41,543 nt of DNA from Prorocentrum cordatum (lineage: Eukaryota). The notes beneath the pieces were generated by a model that saw nothing but the letters and a program-made list of their open reading frames with translations, searched no databases and was not told where the DNA came from. A program made the translations under genes and the position numbers. Location: contig CAUYUJ010000314.1 of assembly GCA_963575745.1 (NCBI GenBank), positions 620,001 to 661,543 of the forward strand, read 5' to 3'. Positions 31,185 through 41,543 of the stretch are shown here, piece after piece. Within the stretch, counting starts at the first letter, position 1, and each line of letters begins with the position of its first letter.

Positions 31185-34100
31185 CGAGCCGCGGGCGGCA
31201 GGGGGCGCCGCCGCTGACGCGGCCCACGCCGCGGCCGCCCCTGCAGCGCCGGGGGCGCCACCGTCGCCGGGGTAACGCAGGTGAAGCCAGTTGCGCTGAC
31301 ATGTTTTCAGCCCTTGTCATCCCGCGGAGTTCTGCGGCGATGCAGTTCCAGACATGCAACGGGGGCGCTTGGACATCGGTCCGCCCCCAGCTGGAACAAG
31401 GGAAACTTAGTGATACCAGGGTATTGTTTCTGCAGGAGACCTTGTTGGTAGACCGGCGCGATATCCAACTGGCGTCCGAGGCCTGCCTTCGCCTCGGATG
31501 GTGCCCGCTTTTTGCCCCTGCCGTCCGCTCGGAGGGCAACGGACCAACTGGGGGGGTTGCAATCTTGGTCAGGCGAGCGAAAGATGTGGGCATCTCCCCT
31601 CTTCCTGGTTCCCCTCCGCCTCCTCCCGAACCGTGGGCTTCTGGCGGTCAAACATGATCTGCCAGGTTTTGCGCTTGTGATTTTGGTTTCTATTTACTTG
31701 CATCCCGTGGTTCGACTAAGCCAGGCGAACCTTGCCCTCCTTGCCCACTTGGGGCTTCTACAGCACCGCTGCAAGTTCCCCCTGTTAGTGGGCGGCGATT
31801 TCAACCTCCCCCCTTCCATGCTCCAGCATATTGGTTTCCTTGATCGCAGCGAATGCTACGTAGTTGCGGCCGCGGACTCAATGTATTTTACAGGGAAGTC
31901 GAAGTCCAAACTCGATTTCTCCCCCATCTCCAAATCGCTCTTCCCGCTTGTGTCAGGCATCACAACTGATTTAGTTTTTCGGGTGAGAGAGGGTTTCAGG
32001 TCATCGCCCAGTCACCCTGCCGGTGTCCCTGGATTGCAATGTCCTCTTTGCCCATTTGTGCAGGCCCAAGAAGTATCCGACAACGCCGCCCTTCGGGCCA
32101 GTGCCGGAGCTCCAACCGTGGGCCAACCTTGAACAGGCAGTCGGCCTTCTCGGGCGCCAAATGCAATCGGACCTCCCGCATCCGACCAAGCAAAGGCTAT
32201 TGGACATATTCTATGCAGGCTTAGTTTCTGCTTTGAGCAAGACATTGGATGCAATTATGTGTCTCCCCCTAGACCGGCCATGGTGTTGCCGCGGGCCTCG
32301 CATTGCTTGGGAATCTCCTGAGTCTCAGGTGCCGGTTTCCTGGGCCTCCCAATCAGAGCCCCTCCGGTGGGCTGTCCAGGCCCTGGCCAACGTGCATCGA
32401 GTCATTGCCACAACAGAGCCCCTAGAGCTAGCGATCTCTGGTCTGTCTCAGCCCCCCCTGGACCTATCCCCCCCCCTCCATCTGTTGCGCTCCTTGTGGG
32501 CCAGGCGGTGGAGGTATGTCGCCAATTCGCCCCTGGCGGAACGTGCTTCAGCACTTCCGCTGAGCAAGCTATTGCGCTACTCAACCCTGTCATGGCGGCG
32601 CTCGAAAACGCCTTGGTCACTGAGCTGAGGCAAGAAAAGGTAGATGGCATCCAGGCGTGGAAACATTGGGTCCCTCAGGCCAACTCCTTCTGTTCGCTGG
32701 TCCCACAAGCGGACCAAGGGCGCTCCAGCGTGGCTGCCAGCCCATGTCGAGGCTGGCGCGGCTTGGTCGGCAAGACCTTCCACAATGCTGGAAGGCGAAG
32801 CCGCGCGCGCCTCTCGCCTTTGGCAGTCGTCCTCTGCCCAGCTCAAGGCCTTCATCCCTGAAAGCCCCCCCCTCCCAAGGTTCGCGGCCGAAGAAATCAG
32901 AGCTGCGGCGGAGGCATTCCCTTCCAAGACGGCGCAGACTTACGACGGAATCCACCCGCGGCACTTTTCCCTCCTCACTGATGGCCACCTCGAGGTAATT
33001 AGTGCTTTCTTTTTCGGAGTGGGGGAACATTGTTCTTTTCCAACCGCGATCCTGGCCATTATGACAACGCTGCTGCAAATGGCAAAGCCCGAAGGCCCCG
33101 GCATGCCGGCTTTTCGGGGCATAGCCTTGATACCAGCACTTTATCGTGTCTGGGCCAAATGTCGACAGCCCCTTGCGCGAGCTTGGGAAGCGGATCATAG
33201 GCGCCATTTTATTTGACATCAACAGAACCGCTCGATTGAAGAAATTATTTTCTTGCAGGACGAATGATTATGAACACGTAGACCGCCCTCTCTGGGGGCG
33301 TGCGCGGCGGGAACGCGTCCCGATGAAGGTACTTTGCGTGGCACTCAACCAGTGCCGGGGGAGAGGCATCGTAACGATGCATGATTTAGCAGTCGACGTG
33401 GGGCACCCCTGCCGCGGCCTCGCTGCCGGCTGTGGTTTCGCGACCTTCGCGGTGCAAGTCTATGCTGTAGAGCCTCTTGACAACTGGTCCGCCCGCAATG
33501 AACAGCTTGCCTTTTCGGTTTTCATCGATGACCTTTTGCAGGGGATCACCGGACCCACCTTAGGCGAGGTTGTAAGCCACCTGGTGAAAGGCGTGGCTGA
33601 TTTGCATGTGGTCATCAGGACCGAGCTCAAATGTACGATTGCCGTCGCCAAGTCCGCAACCATTGCCAACCGTGCAGGTCTGAAGGCGCGGCTCGCCAAG
33701 GCAGTGGGCAGACATGCTGACGCTCTAGCTTCCTCCGCCCGTATCCTTGGCATCGATTTCGCAGTAGGCAATCGCCGGCTTTTTCAGAAAAACCGGCCGA
33801 TCCTGACAAGCCGGCTGACCAAACTGCGCGGCCGTGCCCGCCGACTTCTGGCACTCAGGAGGGCTGGCGCAGACCTCCGAAGAATTTGCATTTCGGGCTT
33901 AAGACCAATTCGGCATTTACGGGGTCTCGGTTACAGGAGTAGGCGAGTCGGAATCGTTTACTGCCCAATCATTCTTCTAGAAACTGGTGGGCGCCAGGGG
34001 TGATTCAAGGTCGCGCTCAGTATCCTTGGCTGTCCACAATGACCCCACTTGGCGACAAGGCCTCGCCCCTGCCTTGCTTTGGTCAAAGATAGTTTGGAAA

Positions 34101-35990
34101 TCGGGCATTGGCCATGTCGCTTCCAACCCTCACCCCCTTCCTCGCCTCCTGTCCCTCGCCCGGCCCATCCCAACCCGCCCCCCTGGCGCGTGGGTCCAGG
34201 TCAGGGGCCCTCTCGGCGCAGCCATTCGATCCTTGGCTCGCATAGGGTGGTCGTTTCACACGCCGCTTGTACTGCGGGGCCCTGCGGGCAGGAGGTGGCC
34301 CCTCATATCCTTTTCTCCCAAGTTCATGGAACTCCAATTCCTAGAGTATTGGGCGCAGAGCCATTCCAGCGCCACTGCAGGCAAATTAGAACAGCCTGCG
34401 TCGACTACTTACGATTTCAGCGTGGCCCGGCGTTTAATCCAAGAATGCAGCCTGCAGAAGCACGAGCAAGGGCTGCTTCTGTCATTCGTCTGCCAGTCGC
34501 TGTGGACAGCACGTCAACTCAGGCAGGCAGGGTACGACGTCGACGCCACTTGCATGTGCGGGGCGCCTTCCGATAGCATCTCTCATCGCCTCCACTTCTG
34601 CCCCTGCGCCCGTGGCCTCAGGGGCGAGATGCTAACTGAGGGTGGCAGGGCCCTCATCTCTGATTCGGCCGGGAACTTCCCATCTGTGTGTGGGTTCCAG
34701 GAGCAGCCGGAGCCGGCGTCCACGCCGCCGCCAGGCACTGGCATTGCCAATCGTCGGTTCTGGTGTGCCGCCGAGGGCGCCGCCGCAGCGGAGGCCTTCA
34801 TCGGCGATGTGTTCGCGGACGGTTCCTGCTTCAAGGATGGGCCCGTCGTTTTCCATGCCGCGGGGTGGGCGGTGGTGAAGCTGGCGCCAACGGGCAAGCT
34901 CTTCGCCGCTCTCTGGGGGGCCGTCGGCGCGGACTCTCCGCAGACCTCCCCAGCAGCTGAGCACATTGCCGTACTCGCGGTAATGAAATTGTGCCCGCGT
35001 GCCATTCTTCGTTACTCGGATTTCTTAGGGCTCGTCGAGCTCTCGGGGGCTCCGTGGCGGCAAGTGGCGGCCCGGCAGCGCGTGTGCGCTGGCCTCCATG
35101 TGCAGATTCGGGGATCACCGGCCTGGTCCCACGATTTCCGCAGTGTCAAAGTCCCAGCTCACGTGAACCCTCCTGATCTGCCAGCTGGATCGTTGGAGTG
35201 GTGTCGAGCCGTGGGCATCGACTCTGCTGACAGTTATGCAAAGAGAGGTGCACTCACTGCAGGGCAGCCGTCTGCGTCAGAAATATCGGCATGGATTGAA
35301 GAGAGCGCCTCCTTGAGGCGATATCTCATGTATGCAGCGCGGGCGTTACTTTTGCACCCGGGAGTCGCCCCTTCCAAAGCCGCGCGCTCCTCTTTCAACG
35401 CGCGGCGAAGGGCGCCAGGTCTCAAAACTGGCGTTGGGGCTGCCCGCCAGGCGCTCCCGCCCCCGCCGCCCCTGGCCCCGCCCCCGCCACCGCCGCCCCT
35501 CTCCCCGCCCGACGCGGCATCTTCGGCAGCTGCTCTGGCGAACGCAGAGGGGCATGCGTGGGCTTGGCGTCGCAACCGTTGGGCGTGTCAGCGCTGTTTG
35601 CGCTTTGTGGCGAGCGACCGCAAGCCCGCGCCACGCGTGGCGCCGCGCCCGGGGTAAAATGCAGCCTTCTCTGCTCTGGTCGCCAAACCAAGGGGGCGCC
35701 GACTGCGCGCGGCAAATTACCCCCACGGTGTCATCTTTATTTGCGGCAGTTGTGGCGCCTACTCTGAAACTGGCGCCGTGCGTTCTTTGGGGAAGGTATG
35801 CCCACCAGGACGCGCTTTCCCGTCCAATGGGGCAACGCAATCCTGGAATCGCTTTGCCGGGGGGCAGCGCCCCAATTCGAAAGTTGGCCCCGCTTATCGC
35901 CTTGGCGAGCGTCTCCCCGTCTCCGCCCTCTGTTCGCCCAAGTGCACTTTGAGTCCGTGGTCTGTGACAAAGTTGCTTCGCCTAACGCAG
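31181..35990 (+). pseudogene. LINE ORF2: APE endonuclease, RT, Cys-His knuckle, RNase H, Cys-rich tail; frameshifted
   Basis: Endonuclease TCNGGAW, FLQET, GGVAILV, SIYL, GGDFN, SGHRPV. RT KTAQTYDGIHP, FRGIALIPALYRVWAKCR, YEHV, RGLAAGCGFAT, VFIDDL, ILGIDF. Knuckle CMCGAPSDSISHRLHFCP. RNase H FADGSC, GWAVV, QTSPAAEHIA, YSD, KVPAH, ADSYAKRG. Confidence 0.92.
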
Positions 35991-36740
35991 GCGCCATCGC
36001 GAAGTCTGCTGCTCGGTTTCTTCTGCGGGGTTGGGGGCCCGTTCCGACTGTGCTCTCCGCATGTCGAGATATGTTGCCCCAGACGCACGCCCTTCTGTGC
36101 CTCTCCTACATATCCCTCGCGTGCTGGAAGGCCCAGGGGGGGAATTACGTCCGCAAGGGCAGTTTTGTACGGAATTTCCCCCCCCCCCTCCCCCCCCCTT
36201 TCCATGCATTTCTTTATTGTGCGTGAACGCGTGCTGCGAACGGCCCTGCCGGGCACGGGGGGGCACGCTTGTTAACATCGCTCCGTCCTCTTTCCTTGGT
36301 CCCTGCCCTGAGAAGGGCCATGCGCGCCTCCGAAGCAATTCGCATCACTTGCGCGAAGCCCCTTCCCGCGCACTTGAGCAGCCCTTCCGGCTGTCGTGTC
36401 CGAGGATGGCCGAAACCAAGCCGAGGGGGTTCAGAAACCGTGGGGGGCGTACCGCGTCAGTGGCCACCTAGCCCATTCATAACATTCATCTCCCATGCGT
36501 TGAGACCCCCGGAAACCATTTAACTCAAAGGATTGTTTTCTGCTATCTTCGAGACTTTAAGGATGGGACCTCCTAGAGTCTTTGCAACTCCCTTTCTGCA
36601 TGGGCATGCTGTTTTGGGCAGCGGGTGAGTGGGGGCGCGCAGTAACCTTGACCAGGGTTCTGATGGTCGCCTCATCCTTAAAGATAGGTTCTAAGTGCCC
36701 TCAAAGCCTATAGCGTGCCTGGCAGTCCTCCTCCTCGTCC

Positions 36741-36762
36741 TCCGTGGCAATTTTGGCTCAAG
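36741..36762 (+). other. Relic dinoflagellate spliced leader (DinoSL)
   Basis: tccgtggcaattttggctcaag vs TCCGTAGCCATTTTGGCTCAAG: 20/22 ungapped. Confidence 0.9.
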
Positions 36763-36856
36763 GTCGATCCCGAGTGAGTGTGGTCTCCATGGAGTTCTGT
36801 AGCCCTAGCCGCGGCAGGGCACGCATCAACGGCAGCAAGTCAGCCGCGGTTTCAGG

Positions 36857-38170
36857 ATGGCGGCGCCGGCCATCGGGGCCTTCCAGTCGGCGAACGTCCA
36901 CGCCGCGGGGGTGGTGGGCCAGAACTTCGTCGTCAATGGTGCCGGGGACGTTGAGTGCCTCGGGGCTAATGTGGGCCCTGCGGTGTAGGTCCTGGCCGAG
37001 GCTGGTTCGGTGGAGAACGGCGTGTGCAACCGTGCGCGCAGCCTCGCCCCGAAGCAGTGCGTTGCGCCTGGGGTTAAGCTCAACCTCGTGCGCAGCGAGC
37101 CGCCGCCGCGCCATCATAACCCGCGGGCCAAGGCCAACGCGGCCCCGAGCGTTCCCAAGGGCAAGGGCGGCGGCGAGAGGAAGCTGATTATGACCCAGTG
37201 CCGCGCCGAGCTCTGGAGGGGCGCCGCCCTCGACCAAGTCCAGGATGTCGACGGGTGGTTTCGCTTCGCGGCCGTCGAGGCGCTGGCGGGCGTGGCCCCC
37301 CCCTGCCGCGTGAGGTCGTCTCGATGGTCGCTGGCTTCCAGGGGGGGTCGTTGATGCTCATGACGGCGCTGGGCCTCCGGCTGCGCGGGGTCCTCTGGGA
37401 GGTGGCCCTTCGCGACTCGTTGACGGCGATGCTCATTGCGAGCCTGGGGCGCTCGGTGCGCGCCCGGGTGCCGGTCGCGGATGCGATGATCGGCGGCTTC
37501 GTCGACGCCGGCGCCTACTCTTGGTTCGCCAGAGTACCGGCTGTTCTACGGCGGGGCGGAGGCTGCCCAGCACATCTTCCGCGTGGCAAGCGCCATCTGG
37601 AACTGGGAGGTCGTGGCCGTGAGCCCAGCCTCTGGGGCGCAGGCGTTTCCGCTGGGCGCCGGCAACCGCGCCGAGCTCGCGGCCGCTCTCGAGCTCGACA
37701 GGGCCCGCGCCGCCGCGTTGTTCGCATGGGCCCTGGTCCAGCCGAAGGAGTTCTGGCACTTCGACGGGCTTAGCTGCCCGGCGAGGCGCCGATCGGGCAT
37801 GCCGTCCCGGAGCAGCGTTGGCCGGAGCTGCTGTCGTCCGCGGAGTGACAGGCGGCGTGCCGCGTCGTCAGCGTGGACGTGCGCCGCGACGAGGTCCGCC
37901 GCGTCCGCCGCGACGCGCCGCTGGCCCGCCCGTGCCAAGGGGCGACGTCCAGAAGGCTGCGGCCTACTCGGCCGCCGTGGCGCGCGCCGAGGCCGTCATG
38001 GGCGGCCGCGGCCGCCGCGCGCGCAGGCGCGCGATGGAGAAGGACTCGCCGGACTTCCGCGCGTTCATCGCGCTGCTCTCGGTGCCCCTCGGCTGCGCGC
38101 TGACGGCGGGCGAGGCGCATGCGTGCGACCCCGGCGTCCTCGACAGCTGCAATTGGTGGGGCGAGTTTAG
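36857..38170 (+). pseudogene. Intronless decayed ORF of unknown function downstream of SL relic (retrocopy)
   Basis: GC3-rich protein-like reading MAAPAIGAFQSANVHAAGVVGQNFVVNGAGDVECL... with a stop at 36986 and frameshifts, continuing through ORFs 37010, 37198, 37583 and 37818; cut off by the ggaatcc satellite. Confidence 0.55.
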
Positions 38171-39520
38171 ATTCCCAAGGGGAACCAGTGATCCTCAGGA
38201 ATCCCGGAGAATCTTGAGATCCCGAGGAATCCCGAAGGAATCCTCGTCATTCCCAAGAATTTCATTTGAACTCCTCGGGTCTCCAAGAATCCGCTCTGAC
38301 TACTTGGGCCCGCAGCAGCCCTTAGGGATTTCTCCGACCTTAGGAATCCTTAAGGAACCTTGGTGATTCTTTAGGAACCCTAATGGAGCCTTCGTCGGCT
38401 CCTCAGGAATCCCGAGGGAATCCTCGGGTCTTCAGGAATTCCAGCGGGCTTCTCGGTTCTTGAGGAATCCTTGCAGGGTCTTCGGATCCGCAGGAATCCC
38501 CGAGGAAGCCTCGCGCGCCCTCAGGAATCCCTAGGGAACGCCACATCATCAGGAATCCATGAAGAGTCCTCGGATCTTCGGGGAACGATCTGGAAGTCTG
38601 CTGAATTCGTAGGAATCCATTACGAATGCTCGGGAATCCATAGGGGGCACTCGGATCCTTAAAAGCCACATGGAATCCTTGGGAATCCCGATGGAACCCT
38701 CGGACTCCAGGATCACCAGGGAATCCCGAGGAATCCCTAGGGGATCCTCTGACCCCCAGAACCCCGACGGAATCCCCAGGGAATCCTCGGATCTTCGAAG
38801 GTCCGTAAGGGGCGCCTCGGATAGTCAGGAATTCTGGGGGAGTCCTCGGGCCTTCAGGAATCCCTAGGGGATCCTCTGGCCCTCAGGAACCACTCGGGAA
38901 TCTTTAGGCATCCTCGGGATTTCAGGGAACTTGGAGGAATCTCACGGAATCCTCGGATCCTCACGATTCCGTAAGGACCCCTAACAGATCTTCGGATCCT
39001 TTGGAACCCTTCGGGGATATTCGGGTCCACGGGAACCCTTAGGGCATCCTTCGATCCGCAGGAATCCGTAAGGAACCCTCGGATCTTCAAAATTCCGGAG
39101 GAAATATTCGGGACCTCAGGAATCCTTGTGGGGTCCTCGGGCCCTCAGGGATCCGCCAGGAATCCTCGGGCCTTCAGGAAACCCAAAGGAATCGTCGGAT
39201 GTCCTCAAGTCGATCGGGCATCCACGTGAACCTTTTTGGAATCCCACAGGAATCCTCGGATCTTCAGGGATCCTTCTGGAGTCCTCAGGAATCCCATAAA
39301 GGGATCCTCGGATCCTCGAGAATCCTCATGGAATCCTCGGACCGTCAGAACCCCCTCAGTAATCCCTGTGCATCCGAAGGAATCCTTCGGGGACCTTCTA
39401 GCCCCAGCGAGTCCTAGGGGACCCATGTGAATCCCGACGGGATCTTCGGGTCCTCAGGAATCCATCCGAAACCTTCCAATCTTCAGGGGTCTCTAAGGAA
39501 CCCGAAGGAATCCCATAGCC
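38171..39520. repeat. Degenerate ggaatcc/ggatcctc satellite
   Basis: Dense aggaatcc, cctcggatc and tcaggaat motifs over about 1.35 kb. Confidence 0.88.
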
Positions 39521-39552
39521 TTCCTGTGGCAAGCAGAGTAAGGTCAACCCTT

Positions 39553-39569
39553 GTAGTAGTAGTTGTCGC

Positions 39570-39608
<39 letters not shown>

Positions 39609-39660
39609 CGTAGTAGTAGTAGTAGCAGTAGTAGTCGTAGTAGTAGTAGTAGTAGTAGTC

Positions 39661-39697
<37 letters not shown>

Positions 39698-39759
39698 GAG
39701 TAGTAATAATTGTAATCGTAGAAGTCGTGGTAGGAGTGGTAGTAGTAGTCGTCGTCGTG

Positions 39760-39801
<42 letters not shown>

Positions 39802-39891
39802 TCAGTAGCAGTATTAGTCGTAGTCGTAGTCGTAGTCGTAGTGGTAGTGGTGGTCGTAGTAATAGTAGTAGTAGTAGTAGCAGCAGTAGTG

Positions 39892-39928
<37 letters not shown>

Positions 39929-40034
39929 TTGTAGTAGTCGTAGTCGTAGTCGTCGTCGTAATCGTCGTCGTCGTCGTCGTAGTAGCAGCCGTGGTAGCGG
40001 CAGTCCTAGTCGTAGTAGTCGTAGTACCAGCACC

Positions 40035-40083
<49 letters not shown>

Positions 40084-40086
40084 GTC

Positions 40087-40122
<36 letters not shown>

Positions 40123-40161
40123 CTAATAGTAATAGTAGTAGTAGTGGTAGTGGTAGGAGTA

Positions 40162-40217
<56 letters not shown>

Positions 40218-40319
40218 ATAGTAGTAGTAGTGGTAGTAGTAGTAGTACTACTAAAACGAGTATTAGTCGTATTAGTAGTAGTAGTAGTAGTAGTAGTCGT
40301 AGTAGTAGTAGTAGTAGTC

Positions 40320-40361
<42 letters not shown>

Positions 40362-40428
40362 CTAGTAGTAGCAATCGCAGTCGTAGTCATTGTTGTGAGC
40401 AGTAGTCGTACTAGTCGTAGTAGTCGTC

Positions 40429-40508
<80 letters not shown>

Positions 40509-40642
40509 CATAGTTGTGGTAGTAGTCGTAGTAGCAGTAGTAGGCGTAGTAGGAGGATGAGTGGTAGTAAGTTAGTAGTCGGTAAGTAGTAGTACTGTAG
40601 TATTAGTAGGAGTCAGTAGTACGGTAGTAGTAGTAGTAGTAT

Positions 40643-40673
<31 letters not shown>

Positions 40674-41031
40674 TAGTGAGTGGTAGTCGTAGTAGTTAGT
40701 AGTAGTAGTAGTATAGTAAGGAGTAGTATGAGTGGGGGTAATGTATGGCGTGGTTTAGTAGTAGTAGTAGTAGTAGTAAGTAGTATTAGTAAGAGTAGTA
40801 TAGTCGTAGTATTAGTAGTAGTAGTAGTAGTAGTCGTAAGTAGTAGTAGTAATAGTATAGTAGTCGTATCAGTAGTATAGTGTTCGTGCTCTTCTAGTAG
40901 TAGTATTAGTATAGTAGTAGTAGGAGTAGTATAATTAGTAGTGGAAGTAGTAGTAGTATAGTAAGTAGTAGTAAGTTAGTTAGTAGTAGTCATTGTTAGT
41001 CGTAGTAGTAGTAGTAGTAGTAGTAGTAGTC

Positions 41032-41071
<40 letters not shown>

Positions 41072-41124
41072 CATTCGTGTTCTTTGTAGTAGCAGTTGTA
41101 GTATTAGAAGTAGTAATAGTAGTG

Positions 41125-41178
<54 letters not shown>

Positions 41179-41409
41179 CTCGTAGTAGTAGTAGTAGTTT
41201 GTGTATTGGTAGTAGTTGTAGTTTTCGTGGAAGTAGTAGTAGTAGTAGTAGTAAGTTAGTAGTAGTAGGGTAGTCGTAGTAAGTATAGTAAGTGTTATAT
41301 GTGGCCGTAAGTGGTAGTGGTAGTCTAGTAAGTAGTAGTCCGTGTAGTATAAGGTGCTGTAGTAGTAGTAGTAGTAGTCGGAGCAGTAGTACTTAGAAGT
41401 AGCAGCAGC

Positions 41410-41504
<95 letters not shown>

Positions 41505-41543
41505 CAATAGTAGTAGTTATTAGTAGTAGTAGTTGTTGTAGTA
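39553..41543. repeat. (GTA)n degenerate microsatellite, about 2 kb
   Basis: Direct reading. Confidence 0.98.

Larger units (their letters stand above)
30369..36200 (+). mobile_element. Degenerate LINE with endonuclease, RT, Cys-His knuckle and RNase H; ends not resolved
   Basis: ORF1-like coiled coil followed by ordered ORF2 domains; the 5' side abuts a (CCT)n tract. Confidence 0.88.

Noticed and set aside
36515..36529. ccatttaactcaaag as a third SL relic
   Set aside because: Needs a gap and several mismatches and lacks the CCGTAG 5' part.
39398..41507. Poly-Val/Thr/Leu/Ser ORFs
   Set aside because: Translations of the (GTA)n microsatellite.

Overview
Eukaryotic, repeat-dominated DNA, most likely from a dinoflagellate. 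The evidence is two relic copies of the 22-nt dinoflagellate spliced leader (DinoSL) and exons ending in GC/GA splice donors. The window appears to lie inside one host gene, a histidinol-phosphate aminotransferase (HisC-like), whose tiny exons (about 39-89 nt) are separated by introns of 4-16 kb. The introns hold two degenerate LINE retrotransposons, several TA-flanked MITE/TIR elements (some nested), hairpin-CTAG termini, minisatellites and long microsatellites. Most ORFs in the supplied track are artefacts of these repeats. The most notable structure is a full-length RTE-like LINE (8487-13889). It begins exactly with a spliced-leader relic, ends in a short A tail and is bracketed by a 15-bp target-site duplication, which implies it transposed from an SL-trans-spliced RNA. 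A second SL relic (36741-36762) heads an intronless, decayed ORF of unknown function. The second LINE carries an RNase H domain. All alignments were made by eye; no database searches were run.
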